Shown here: piece after piece, positions 12,891 through 27,110 of the stretch
Numbering within the stretch: position 1 is the stretch's first letter
Layout: each line of letters opens with the position of its first letter
From: Paraspadella gotoi
Lineage: Eukaryota > Animalia > Chaetognatha
Length of the DNA: 64,000 bases
Reading direction: 5' to 3'
Assembly (NCBI GenBank): GCA_051294375.1
Contig: CM119271.1
Coordinates: forward strand, 8,113,788-8,177,787
Translations under genes and position numbers: made by a program
The notes under the pieces: model-generated
Told to the model about the DNA's origin: nothing
The model's database searches: none
What the model saw: only the letters and a program-made list of their open reading frames with translations

Positions 12891-15800
12891 GAAAAAGAAA
12901 ATCTTTCTCAAGAAATCGCTCCAAATCTATTATTGGTTGACATTTTATAACTAATAGCGCACTGAAGAGGAAAAAAAAATGGTTTCTAACATCTCTAGTG
13001 CAAATTTAATGTCACGTTGACTCATCTGCATCCACCCTTACAACTAGTCACGCACTCTTTTTTTTTGCTTTCTCCTTTTTACTCCTCGTTTGTACATCAT
13101 CGTCAGGCCTCACGATAATGAAAATGAAGATGACGACTCCACGTTCATCGCTCTCTTCGGCTAGCCCTGACGAAGAATCTAAGTCGCATTCCTTCAGCTT
13201 TCACTGTCTGCGATGAACTCAGGTTATTTCCCTTTTTTTCTTGCTTTCTAATCGTTTTGTTTTTTGCTGCATTCTTTATCTTCCGTCTCTGTTTGTTTCT
13301 TTATGATGTTATTTTAGTTTTTCTTTTGATTTGTTTTTAATTTTGGTTTTTTTTTTTTGTTTTGTTAGTTCTTTTTTTCTTATTCATTTCTCGCCGTCGT
13401 CGTTTTTCTCCAAATATTTTTTTTTCTTTTCAATTTTTTTTGTTGTTAACCCGATTTTTGAAGTATAAAGTCGTCCATCGAGCTTTCGATACTCCTTTGC
13501 AGTGCGCACTCTCAATTCACCTTTGGGAGATTATAATACCAAGATTCTCCTCTGTGAGGGGCAAAAATTGATTTACGCATGTATTCCGGAATCCTGCCCC
13601 CAAAGCGATACAAGCCATCTGTAGTAATTTTTAAAATGTTAAAATTATGAATTTACCCTCTTCTCTTTTTTTAGAGACTCAGCCTTCCTTCGGGTCAACA
13701 AAGAGGAGTTGGCCTTTTTCTCCGCTTCCTTGGATAAGGCGACCTGTTTGAGAAAAGCAACCACCACTTGGGCTTTGATCGCGTGACGGTGGCAACAACA
13801 ACTGACACACACAAGTCTCAAATAGAGTTAGGACGGTTCTCGTAATATTCTATAATGCTCGTTCAGATTAAAAATGTATCATCTAAAATTGAATTTAAAT
13901 CCTAGAGCAATTTTTCATACAATTTCAATACAAAAGAAAGTGGTTTATTCTTTGTAATCAAAGTTTTCGATATAACAGGTTGATAAATTTCATTCATAAG
14001 TTTACAAATAATCGAAAATGATGACCTAAAATTTCTTTGACAATGCCTCTCGTTCATCTGAATAAACAGTGTTTTTCTACGTTTGCAATGACCAGAACTG
14101 CATAGTCAATATGGTAATTAAACTATAGTTTACCTTTCTTTGATAAACAAAAATTAAAAGCAGGGGTTAGATATTCGTCACAAAAGTAACCAAACCAAAA
14201 TCTTAATTTTTCATTTTCAATAAAATATACCTTCCTTGACACGTGTCTCGTATAGGAAACGCTAATAGCTCGCTTATCCAAGCGCAGTTTCGTATTCTTT
14301 GGTAAAAACCCATTAACCTGGAAATTTTAGGACTCATGTTGCAAGTAATAAGGCACAGCCCGCCTTTCCAATAAAACTTAATTATGTTTATAAACGATTT
14401 TTACAGTTATCATCGCTTTCTACTGTCCGCGGGATCCCCCATTCTGACTGCGCAAATGATGACTTCATCTGCGAAGTTCCCTCAAAAAGTAGAACTATAC
14501 CGCACCTGCAAAATCCCTGCAAACTGTCAACCGGACAGTCTTCCACAGGTATTTCCTGGATAGTGTACAATAACTGAACGTAAGAGACTTAATCTCATTT
14601 GATGGAATATTGATGTCATCTATAAGAAAACATAAATTTTCCCGGTTCTTGTTGATGAAAAATCGAATTGGCTTTTCGCACAGAAACGGTGTAAGAAAAA
14701 CTAGTTTTTATTAAAGAATTGGCACTGCGGCGCGTCGGGACACGTGCACCCTCGGCAAAACACACTTGAGATCATTTCAACAGATGTTTTTAATTTCCCT
14801 AAAATAGGTTATACTAAAGAGATGGGTCCTGTCGCCAGACGTTCCGAAGCCAATTCTGTTGTCCCGTTAGATGTCCGTCGCAGGTTCCTCTGTCCCAAAA
14901 GGCAGAGTTAAAGGCCGAAAAAATCTACCTAAATGCCAATTCGACACAACGAAAACCACCAGAACGCCAAAAATAAACAATGCGTCTCGCGTGCAATTGA
15001 AACGCGTATGTCCTGTTTAGATCCGAATGTTTAAAACTGCTACGTTTCAGTTGCATAATTGTTGTAGGTCTGAATCATTGACAATGAAATTTGAGCCATT
15101 GTGCTCTACAAATAAAATTAAATTAAGGTAACAATAGAATTTTTTTACAATCAAGCTCAAACATTATTAATTTTTTAACTTGTACAAAAATGTGGTGACG
15201 CAAAATTCACTTTCGATAAAATTTTTAGATAGGCGACTTCGCGGATCGACAAGCCTTCTACAAAGTTAAGTTTTGAAGAAGCAGCTCGGCCCTTTAAACT
15301 TGGCCAGACAGTTTTTGCGCGCAGAGGAGAGATAAACCGCCCGCGGGAATAATCGTAACTTGGGCGTGTCTGTAAATGAACAAGCCAATCTAATAGGGTG
15401 CGAGCGAGTGACTCAGCATAACGTATTTCGTGTCAAGTTCTTTTTTTCGTTTTTTATAAATTTTCACCTATATCTATATTTTTCAGAACTTTTCGTGTCG
15501 CAGCTTAACATTCTCTGACGTATTGTGGTCTATTTTTAAGTTTGTTTACTCATCGAACCATTAATCATCGTTGGGGATTTAACTGCGATTGATTGTAATG
15601 GAGTAATATTGCCTAGTATACGGGTAACTGCCGTTCTCGTCAGGTTCTAAGCTTGTGTTTTCAATGATCGTCAACAACCTTTTCCAGTCTAATTTTCTCT
15701 TTCGATCTACATAAACAGTTTGAGGTTGAGAAAGAGAGACTGTCGAACTCGCTGCGATTTTGTCTCTCCGCAACGCGCACCGATCCTCTAAATAAATCTC

Positions 15801-18697
15801 CACTCTCTGACCTTTAAATTATTAACCTTTATATTCTTTAAATTATATATTTCCTTTAAATGACAACGCGAAAACTCGACTCCTGAATCCCGTCATAATT
15901 TCACTGAATTGCCCGTTTCGACAACTCTCGCCTCGAGAAAATCCTGTCCATCCTTTTTTTTGGTTCATTAAATTTTGTGGATGCACTTACTCATAAAAAG
16001 CTCACGAGACAACTCACAGGCTACTTACAATCATAATTTATTCCTACTAAAATACTGAACGACTTTTCTGCTTAAAAGATTTAAATCTGCGTGCAGTCTA
16101 CTAAACATTTAGGTGAGTGTTAAACTGTTTTGATATCCCTTATTATTTTATCCGAACATTGCTAGTTTGAAATACGAAGAGCTCTTTTCTTGTTTTGCAG
16201 TGCTGTTTTATGTCATTTTTATTCACTCTGCTGTCCACTCTAACTAAATTAATATTTAAAATCTGGGAAACATTTTTTAGACAAATAAGCAGGTGAAGAA
16301 CGATCTAAGCGTCGCTTTCGCAACTATCGCCTCGCTTCTTCTCGATTTGGAGATTTATTCTCCCATGCATCCAAAATCTTCTGGATCCAGAATAAGACGA
16401 ACCCGCTTCCGACCTGACCAGCTGTCAATGCGAGAGAGTGCGTATTTCACTTGGTTCTTCCACACCCCTCTCACCCTCATATCGGAAGCACATGTTGTAC
16501 GAGATCCCTGCTTTCCTAGCACAGAGGAGTTGCTCGCTACCTTTGCAATTCGCTACTTTCGCCTTACGAGCACCTGATGATGCAACAGCCCTCTTTTGGG
16601 TTCAACCTCCTCATCGAATTGACGGTTTCCCCTTGTTCCAAGAGTCTGATTCATTGTTGCAGCTGGTTCTCTTATATTCTGCTATCATGAATCACAGAAA
16701 AAACTTTAGTCTGCTTTTGAATGTACAATTAAAGGAATGTACAAGTTGAATGGATATTGCGTCCATAGGGGTAGACAATTGGACTCGCGAGACTGGAATA
16801 AGCTTTTTTATTAAAAGACGCCCAAGTCCGTAAAGCGGCAACTTTTTTATTTTTGAATTATTATGCTCTAGGCTCTATTGGATCCCAAGTCAAATAATTA
16901 CTTTTTTGAAATGTCATTCAACCATGCCTGTTAGCACTAACGGCAATGATTGGTCTTCACACACCCATACATCGCTAAGGTATTTCATATTTGCTTCGAT
17001 GCTCTTAGTGAATCAAGTTGGCTTCTCGACAACCGCTGTTATCTGCCGCTCCCTCTTCGCTTTCTTTCTCTTCATTGTAGGATTAATTAAAGGCTTTAAG
17101 TTTACTCCAATTTTTCTCGCACGTTCATCCGCACGTAAAATGTTACGAAGTTTGGTAGTTTTAATATGGTAATCCGTAGGTTGCCATACTCTTCAACTAT
17201 CTGAATTGGTAGTAGCAAATTTTGAAAAGAGTCATTCAGAACACTAATTTGTATATAAATTTCCTTAAATTTGGGAAAGACTATTCTAAAATTTTTTTTT
17301 TTTCTTTTTTTGCAAACGTAGCTTTGTCATTAGTATATTATTAACTAACTTCTTAATGAATTTTATTTTGCGTTTCGTTTTATTACTGAAGCATGACGCT
17401 AACTTTTGTTGATGGGTATTATTCAAAAATTTAAACCTGCACGGACAGGCGACTGCTAGACGACTTATCGGACCTAACATTGTCTCGACACTCCACGTCC
17501 GCCTGCCCCACCCCCCCAGCCAGAAGCGACTGGTCCAAACGCCGTCCATTCTGCCACGGGAATCAGCAAAAATGGCTTCTTACCTAAATTCCCTGTGCAA
17601 TGCTTCCCAAAATTTAGCTTTTAATTGCAATATTTGCAATTTTGGGCTTATTTCAATCTGAATCATCTGTTGGGTGTGATAACTCTTTAAGTTTGTTATG
17701 CGTATAAAAATAGAATATGACTGTAGACTTCTGGCTTTACGGGAGCCAGGGGACAGACAGACCACAATATAACGAGAAGGGTCTTCAGTCTGATGGTTGC
17801 GTATATCGGTCATACCTCCCAATGATATGGTTTTGTTTCAAAATGTTAGCGAGAAATTTGCTTCAAGAGTCAGTGTTTCAGGCAGTGGCAGTAGATGATG
17901 GTCAAGATACTCAGAAGAGAAAGAATAGTTTAATCTAGAGCTGAGACTCATTTCTTGGCAGTCACCGGATACGACTGCGCTATTGCTGTGAGGCGACCAG
18001 AATTTAGAGGATGAAGACTTATACAAAAAGGGCCCGTGCGTTGTTAACCAAGTCCAGAAAAATACCGCTGCATATTTCAGAGGAGTGGTGGCAAGTCAAT
18101 CGAGGGGCTGAGAGATGGATCTGTCTTGAGACCAACACCTGGTCCGTTGGCTTGGAGAGTTCGGTCCCTGCTCGTTTAGGTAGCTATTGTCGAGCCTGAT
18201 CGGTCGATCGACAACAATCGTCTTCTCGGAACCGACGACGAGAGACGGCACGAGCACTCAGCAGGAAACTGCAAGGTGCGCAAAAAACTGCTCGACATGG
18301 AACCTCCTGCTTTCAGTGCCATTGCTTATGTCTGTCGTACACTCACTACTGTGGATATATATAAGATTTGTAAAACAGCTGGGCCTTAGCCTGTGAGACG
18401 GTAGCGACACCCGATCACCCGCCCACCCCGAGGCTCGCGCCCTTCATAGCGCACCCCGATACCCTCGTGGAGGGTTTTTNNNNNNNNNNNNNNNNNNNNN
18501 NNNNGATACGACGCCCTTCTTTCCTCATTACATACGGGAACACCATTCAGCCCTATTACATCCCGAGACGCCTTCTTTCAATATTACATCCGCAAAAACC
18601 CATTCTGGCCTTATTACATCCGGCGACGGGGACTAAATACGGAAACGTCAAAGGCTTGAGAATCGTAGATTCAAAACGACTTCCCCCCCCCTCCCAG

Positions 18698-20625
18698 AGT
18701 TTTCTTCTCTTTTTTTCCTTTTTTAGTCGCGGAGAGACACGACTTATAAGAGACTTTTCGGTCTGTCTGTCTGTCTGCCTGTCTGTCTGTTTATTTGTTA
18801 TTTTATATTTAATATAACAAATTCCTCTAAATAGTTTACCATCGTCTAAACGAACGCGTTTTTGGACCTCAAATGAGAAAGAAGCAAACTGTTTCTTTCA
18901 ATGACACATCGCACCGCGACTGATCTAACGCCAGGAATTCGTTGCTCCTTTTTGCTTCTCCCTTTCTTCGGTAGGGAAACAAAACGTCAACTCTACATCC
19001 GGGTTAACCTCCCCCGTCGCCTTTCCGCCTTTTTCCCGCCTTTTTTTCCCGCCACTCCCAGTCCGACGTCTTGATTTCTTTTTCCTCCTCGAGCCCGGCG
19101 GTTATGTCGTCGTCGTCGTCGTTCGTCATCGGTGTCGTCGTTCTTTTCGTCGTTGTCTGCTCGTCTGTCTTTCGTCTTGTCTCTCTGTTCGTCGTCGTTA
19201 GTCGTCGTCTTTCGTCCGGTTCTTTTCCCAATCACGTCCGCCATTTACCTCATAAAAGCGATTATGCGCCTTTTTTTCATATATTAACTTAACTAATAGT
19301 CTCTAATTTGCTTTAAATTGTAAGCAAGCCTGGAAAATAGCTATCTTATAATATTAGTCTTGGGGACACAAACAAACACAACAAACAAACAAACGTTTGT
19401 GGAAGAAGAAAATATGGCGCATGTAGAATATAAACTTCTCACAAAAATAAATATAATTTATTAAAGTAATTAGATAACTCACAAAACTATTACTACGGTA
19501 CATGCCTATTATCTATTCGCGAAACGCAAGTGTCATCGAAATATATGAAAACTTGATTAAAAAATCTGAACGAAATAATTTCTCTTCAATTCATTCTTGT
19601 TGTTATTGTTTTTTTATTGTTAATAAACGAGTCAGATCCTTCCTTATTACGGTTTCTTGTACTTCTCTTCTGCCCCCCGAGTTTCTTCTTTTTTTCCTTT
19701 TTTAGTCGCGGAGAGACACGACTTTATAAGAGACTTTTCGGTCTGTCTGTCTGTCTGCCTGTCTGTCTGTTTATTTGTTATTTTATATTAATATAACAAA
19801 TTCCTCTAAATAGTTTACCATCGTCTAAACGACGCGTTTTTGGACCTCAAATGAGAAAGAAGCAAACTGTTTCTTTCAATGACACATCGCACCGCGACTG
19901 ATCTAACGCCAGGAATTCGTTGCTCCTTTTTGCTTCTCCCTTTTTTTTCTTCGGTAGGAAACAAAACGTCAACTCTACATCCGGGTTAATTCCTCCCCCG
20001 TCGCCTTTTTTCCCGCCTTTTTTTCCCGCCTTTTTTTCCCGCCACTCCGATCCGACGTCTTGATTTCTTTTTCCTCCTCGAGCCCGGCGGTTATGTCGTC
20101 GTCGTCGTCTTTCGTCATCGTTGTCGTCGTCTTTTTCGTCGTTGTTGTCGTTGTCTTTCGTCTTTCATCATGATTGTCGTCGTTATCGTCTGCCGTTCTC
20201 TTTTCCCATCACGCCGCCATTTATTAAAGCGATTATGGCTTTTTTTCATATATTAACTTAACTAATAGTCTAATTTGCTTTAAATTGTAAGCAAGCCTGG
20301 AAAATAGCTATCTTTATATTTAGTCTTGGGGAAACAAACAAACAAACAAACAAACAAACGTTTGTGGAAGAAGAAAATATGGCGCATGTAGAATATAAAC
20401 TTCTCAAAAATAAATATAATTTATTTAAAGTAATTAGATAACTCACAAAACTTATTACTACGGTACATGCCTATTATCTATTCGCGAAACGCAAGTGTCA
20501 TCGAAATATATGAAAACTTGATTAAAAATCTGAACGAAATAATTTCTCTCAAATTCATTCTTTTGTTGTTATTGTTTTTTTATTGTTAATAAACGAGTCA
20601 GATCCTCCTTTATTACGTTTCTTGT
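18698..20625. repeat. Tandem duplication of about 1 kb (18698-19660 and 19679-20625)
   Basis: Colinear near-identity, differing mainly by small indels. Begins about 200 bp after a 25-N gap. Confidence 0.92.
18722..18950 (+). mobile_element. Helentron-associated (HINE/DINE-1-like) non-autonomous element; second copy at about 19701-19930
   Basis: T-run, 5' subterminal repeat AGTCGCGG (18725) with local hairpin partner CGACT, (GTCT)n microsatellite, inverted partner CCGCGACT (18914-18921), short AACG..CGTT hairpin, T-run. Confidence 0.55.
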
Positions 20626-20735
20626 TTATGTCTTACATTTCTGTCATCCTCACACGTCTTTAATTATTTAGTCAAAATCATGAATACCTAATGATAATCA
20701 TCATTGTACCGTCAACATCATTTACGTCATCCCTT

Positions 20736-20769
<34 letters not shown>

Positions 20770-21115
20770 GCGTCGTCGTCCGCCCTCCTTGTTTTCGCAT
20801 TGTCAGCGACCAAAGCGAGAATTTTTTCCTCTCTTCTCTCTCTCCTCTCATCTCTCTCTCTCTCTCTCTCTCTCGTACTCCCTCTCTCTCCCTGTCTCTC
20901 TCTCTCTCATCTTCTCTCTATCTCTCCTCATCCTCTCTCTCTCTCTCTCCATTCAATTCCTTTCCTCTGTTTATGTTAATGACTTTCACTAAAATCCGCG
21001 ACGCTGACATTTCTCGTTGTTGTTGTCGCGATTTGTCATCGTCGTTGTCGTTTTCCTTTGAGGTTGATGTCGCTGTTAATGTTGTTGTTACTGTAATTGG
21101 CTCGTTGTTGTTGTG

Positions 21116-21149
<34 letters not shown>

Positions 21150-22162
21150 TGTTTTGTTGGCGACATCGAAAGCCAACAGATCCTCAATCAACAAAAGCAA
21201 ACAGCCACTTTGCTTGAGGTTCTTTTTTTCTGGAAACAATCGCCTTCGGGGCTGAAAAAGAGAAGAGAGAGAGGGAGAAAAAGTGAAGAGGGAGACGAGA
21301 GAGAGAGAGAGAGAGAGAGGAGAAGAGAGAAGAGAGAGAGAGAAGGAGAGAGAGAGACCAGAGAAGAGAGAGAGAGAGATTTTTCCTCTCCTTTTCATGG
21401 AAATAAATCGAGAAGGCCGATCGAGAGGTTAATGTCTCGCGCTAAAACTTTAGCGTTGCCGGTATTTCCCTAGAGATGGCGCTGGGGGAGCGCGGGAGAC
21501 GCCACCAGCGCCAGTGACGTCGCTCGCATGCCATTCGCTTAACGTCGTGACGCCATTGTCGTCGTTTCTAACGCCGTTTGTGGCGTCAATTCTGGAGCCA
21601 AACTCGTCACTTCCGGTGCCACGTGGCGTCGTGCGCGCGACGCCAATTTGCCATCGAAAAGAGTTCGGCCGGGGAAATTCTCTCTCTCTCTCTCTCTCTC
21701 TCTCCATCTCTCTCTCCTCTCCTTCTCTCGCTCTCTCTCTCTCTCGGTCGTTATGCGCAAAAAAAATCTGGATCGTCTCGACGACCACATCGTAATTCTC
21801 CGTCGGTGGGAGAGAGCGCATTAAATGCAAACTCCTCTCTCTTCTCTCTCATCTCTCTCTCTCTCTCTCTCTTCAATCTCTCTCCTCCTTACCTCACTCC
21901 AGTCGAGAATGCGAGCGTATTAAACGAAACACGAGAAAAGAGGAAACACTTTTTTTTCTTTTTTCTCCCAAACATGACGACTACGAATTCAAACGCAATG
22001 AAAATCGATTATAATTTCAAATTCTCCCGCGATTTTTTCTCGCGTCATGAAGCTAATTTAGGCGTCGTGTTGCCTAGCAACTGTCAGAACGCTGTAATTA
22101 TAGTTGTATTCTGTCTCTGGAGTCGTGGTGCAATGCTAAAAGTTGCGTGGATTTAGCGTTTT

Positions 22163-22734
22163 AAGTATATAACATTTTTAATGAAGGATATCTATTCGAA
22201 AACTTGTTTGATTTTAAAAAAAATCAGAATGTTTCCCGATCTACATTGAATTTTTTTTCAATAGCTTCCGTCCATTTTTTTGTAGGTTAAATCCTTTAGA
22301 AGTTTCAGGCAAAAAAATAATGTTACTTCAAATGAAAAATGGCGTAAAAAATTATATTTAGTTTTCCTCCATTTTTGGTATTTAGTTATTTGTTCTTTTT
22401 TTAAATAGTTAGTTATTTTTTTTATTTTTTTTTAATTTGGCAAAGCTACAGGCCTTGCACCTCTTTTTGCTTCAAAAAAGTTCTATTATACCTTTTAGAA
22501 AAGAGGGAAAGATATGCATCATCAACATCGGGTCTGAAAAGAATTACGTTAAAGATGTGGAAAAACATTTCACTGTCATACCTCAATTTGCTGTATGAGA
22601 GCATGCCTAGACGAATGCAAGCAGTAATCGATGCTGAGGAAGGGTATACCAAATATTAAGAATGTTTTACCCATATTTTGTATACTTTTTATTGAATAAA
22701 TGAATTATGTTATAAACTTTTTTCCTAGATAGTA
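22163..22734 (+). mobile_element. Internally deleted Tc1/mariner element retaining the transposase C-terminus
   Basis: 22498-22659 translates EKRERYASSTSGLKRITLKMWKNISLSYLNLLYESMPRRMQAVIDAEEGYTKY*, a classic Tc1 tail. Right end ttttttcctagatag followed by TA. Left end matches the related element at 33570-34033 but lacks the terminal bases. Confidence 0.88.
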
Positions 22735-22960
22735 CAGTATGTCAACCTCGGTCCCGTGAATGAGTTTCTTGTGTTTGACCAGTATCAAACTGTCTACCAT
22801 GAGTCGCCTAGGAAAACTTTTATTTGTAGAATGTATAATGTATTGTATTGTATATGTAGCATTTATTAAAGTTGAAAATCCCTCGGAAGCTCGTAAAAAC
22901 GAGGTTTCTCGGGGTGAAACACATTTTGTGAGTTTACGATCTTAAATCCATTTAACTCAT

Positions 22961-23198
22961 CAAACTAACTCGGATATTGAGGTTAAAAGTAAAGTTAAAA
23001 TAAGGACCAAGCTCACTCGGATATCAAGGTTAAAAGTAAAGTTAAAATAAGGACCAAGCTCACTCGGATATCGAGGTTAGAAGTAAAGTTAAAATAAGAG
23101 CCAAACTAACTCGGATATCGAGGTTAAAAGTTAAGTTAAAATAAGAGCCAAACTCACTCGGATATTGGGATTAATAATAAAGTTAAAATAAGAGCCAA
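22961..23198. repeat. 47-bp minisatellite, 5 copies
   Basis: cggata anchor at 22971, 23018, 23065, 23112 and 23159; unit about caaactcactcggatatcgaggttaaaagtaaagttaaaataaggac. Confidence 0.93.
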
Positions 23199-23398
23199 AA
23201 AATGGACCGATCGAATATTGTCTGAGAAAGAGAGAAACGAGGCAAGATATCTTTCACACAGAATAAAAAAACATTAAAAACAATCCAACTCATCTACAAA
23301 GACGAACCGATTTAATTTTTTTATTTTACTTATGTCATCGGTAAATATGTATGAAAAAAAAATCAAGAACGAAATCACTTCCAAATCTGCCCGTCAGG

Positions 23399-23444
<46 letters not shown>

Positions 23445-23774
23445 CATGTCACCCAGAGTTGACGCTGATATCAAATCATAACTCGGAAATGACGTGAAGG
23501 GGCGAACTCCGGGGAGAGAAAAAAGTGAGAGGGAAGGTTCGAAAGGGTAAGGTTCTGAACGACGAACGTGGGAAGGATTGGAACGTGGGTAAGGGTTGAG
23601 GGGGATAAGTTGGGATAGGAAATTATAATTGAGGAAGGGAAGAGAAGGGAAGAGAAGAGAGCGAATAAAAAAAAAAGTGATAAAAAGAAAAACTGAGAGA
23701 GATTGAAAAGGGAAAAAAAAGAGAGGAGGAATTATATTAGAAATATAGGTTGAAGTTATAATTTAATTATTTTT

Positions 23775-23811
23775 GATTGATTTGATTGATTGATTTATTG
23801 ATTTGTTTGAT

Positions 23812-23860
<49 letters not shown>
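23775..23860. repeat. (GATT)n microsatellite
   Basis: Directly visible. Confidence 0.9.
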
Positions 23861-26179
23861 CGGAAATTGATATCGTCTCTTCATTGGATTCTCGACTTTA
23901 CTTTACACGATCTCAATAGAAGACAAAGAAAATCTGAAAAGAAAATAGGAAAAAAAATTCTTTTTTTTTTTCGTTTTAACTCTTTTTTTATTCTTAGCCT
24001 TTTTTCTTCCTTAAAATCTAAGATTACATTTGATAACAATCGCTGAGGTCAGATTGAATTACGAGATCTTTTGTGCGTTTTTTTTATGCCCTCTGTCTGC
24101 AAAATTAGGATTTTTTTTACATTTTGTGAGAAATTCGAATCAAGTCAAATATAAAAAAGTAAAAAACGACATTTTGAGTTCAGGAATAAGTTTTTAAAGA
24201 CGATATTTTTATAAAGTAATTTCATTTGGCACATTTCGTTTTTTCACGGATTTATCATCGTGTCACACATTAAATGAAAATTAAGCTTTAGTGTCGTAGA
24301 AGATTGTTAACCATAGTCGGGTTTACGTAGTAGTTAATTGAATATCTTTCATTAGAATCGAATGAAAACGCCTACATACAAAAATTGCAACGAGAAGACA
24401 CCACCCAGGTTTCGAACGATGAGCAGAGAGAGGCAAGCGGTTCTGGACCCCAGGTAATTAAATATCCCGCGAGGACTCGGATTTTGACTGAGAAAAGAGA
24501 AGAAAGAGGAGAAAAGAAGAGGAGATGGAATGAAGAAAGAAAAGAGAAAGGCGGGAAAGATGAGAGAGAAGTAAAAGAGAGGCCGGGATGAGATTAGAAA
24601 GTAAGGGATGAGGAGAGAAAAGACATGAAGGAATTTATAGAGGGTAAGAGGGAAGAGAGTGGGGAGAAAGAAGAGAAGTAGGATTAGAGAAGAAGAAAGA
24701 GAGGGAAGACAGCGAGGAATGAAAGATGGGGTAAAGATGAGAAGAGAAGTTAGATTATAGACGAAATAAAGAGTGGAAAGAAAGAGAGAATTAGAGAGAC
24801 GAGAAAGGGAAGAATAAAGAGAGAAAAGAAAAGTGAGCAAGGGAAGAACAGAGAGAAAAAAAAGAGAAGAAAGAAAGGGAAGAATAAAGAGAGAAAAGAG
24901 AAGAGAGAAATAAAAAGAAGAGAAGAAAGAAAGAAAGTACCAAAGAAATGGAAAGAGAAGTTGAGACGGAAAAATCCCAGGAAATTAACGATGGAAGAAA
25001 CTTATTGTGAAATCCGGCGACGAACGATTCGCTCGGCCGAGATGTCGAGGGACAACGAAATGAAAAGATCAGCGTCTTCTCTCTCTCTCTCCTCTCTCAT
25101 CTCTCTCATCTCAGTCTTCTCTCTCTCTCTCTCTCTCTCGCGACGGCGGTTTCTACTGAGATAAGGCACTCACAAATCTCGACACAAAGGCTAAAGAAGC
25201 TGTTTCGCCCTCACTGCATCGTTTGTGTTAATGTTTAGTATACATACGTAGCTATTGAAGTTATAGTAATAATTTTACTCGCTCGTTTTCATGACAAATG
25301 TGGAAAACGTTATACATTTTCGGTCTCTAACTCATTCTACTTTATGTCCATGTTTACCAAGTTAGGATCAGTTGGATAATTATTTTAATACGTAACTCGA
25401 GTTGTTTAATTAAAACAAATTTATTCTTAAAAAAAAAAACAAAAAAATTAAACGACAACAAACGCGCCAGTCGTAAATCTCTTTGAAAACAATACTTTAT
25501 TAAAATTAATTTTTTTTAACCTGGGAAAACACTCGCCCAGGAGAGGCTGACGACGACGACTGACGGACGACGCGACGGAGGCCGACGACGACGAAAGGTG
25601 GGAGTCTACGAGAAAAGTGTCCTCCGAGAAGGACGACGAATAATTCTTATCCAGACTCTTGAGGACGAAAAAAAAAAAAAAAATTCTGACAGAAAAGATG
25701 GAAAAAAGAAGAGAAATCCAAAAAAAAAAGACGAAAAAAAAATGATATAAATATTGAGAAGAAAAAAGGAATAAAAACTCCTCGTAACTCTTCGGGTTTG
25801 CTTCGGGCGACTCGAAGAGGGGGAGGGGTTGGGGAGGGGAGTCTACGGGTGGCGCGTGGGAGGATGGGTGGGTGGAGATGAGTTGCTGATGGACTGTATT
25901 GTTTGTAAACAAATATCGATTGTTTTATGAAAATTTGCAAATTCACTTGTTTCATTCTATTTTTTCATTTTAATATTTTTATGAAGGATTTAGTATTTTA
26001 ATCTATATTATTTATTCAAACATATATTGCTTTCTTTTTAAAAATGTTTTATTTATCTAATAATTCAATTTGGGAAGGGAAGTCAGTGTTGTCTTCTGGA
26101 AAAGAGGGGAGCATCTATACATACACAAGAGGTTAGATTACTATCTGTTCCTATATTTAAACACTTTTACAAAAAGGTA

Positions 26180-27074
26180 AATAAGATCGACGACGACGAC
26201 GAAGATTTAATGTCCAACGGCGCAACGGAGGATTTTTGCATCGGAGGATAGTCACATTCGGCGGATGGGTGCGTCGGCCAATGAACGCGTCAGCGGACGG
26301 TCGTAAGTGGCAGATGGAAGCATTGGCGATTAGACAATGGACGTGACAACGCCGTCCGGTTGGAACGTTGTCGGGTAGGCGCGTCAGTCGATTGGATGCG
26401 TCGGCTGATGAGTGGGCCGGTGGTTAACCGGCCGAAAAGGGGAATCGTCCGACTTGACTGCTCGTCTCTCCGTATCGAGCTGTTTCATTGACGGAGCATC
26501 GGTTAAAGCTTCGCGTTGGAGGCGGGACGCGAGGATTGCCGGGCCAGCGGCGAATGTGTCAGGAGCCGCGCCGGCTGCAGCGCGGAAGCGTCGGGGCTGG
26601 CGGAGGCCGAAGCCGCCCCACATTTCGAATCGGCGATGAATAATTCGATCTCACATACGAGATCCCAACTGCGAAGTGGATTTCTTTCTTTTTTTTTTTC
26701 TTTTTCTTTCTTTCTCTTTTTCTTTAATTTCTTTTTTTCTTTCTTACTTTCCTTCTTTCTTTCTTTCCTTACTTTCCCATTATTTCTTTTTCTCTTTCTT
26801 TTCTTTCTTTCTTTCTTCTTTGACTATTCAGTTCTTTATTTCTTTTTTCATTTCTATATTTCTTTCTCTTCTTCTTTCTTTATCTATTTTTTTTCCTTAA
26901 TCCCTTCTTTGGTTCTTTCTTTTTTTTTATTCTCCTTTATTTTCTTATTTCTCCTCGGACTCGATTCAAATGATGGCGCTCGAATAAAATCGTCAACTCG
27001 AACGTTAAAATCAAATCTGAAAAAATACGAGTTTGTGCGACGCTCCGCCGCAAAGAGAGTAGAGAGAGAGAGAG

Positions 27075-27110
<36 letters not shown>

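Noticed and set aside
13165-13200. CCTGACGAAG as a hammerhead core
   Set aside because: No stem II followed by GAAA.
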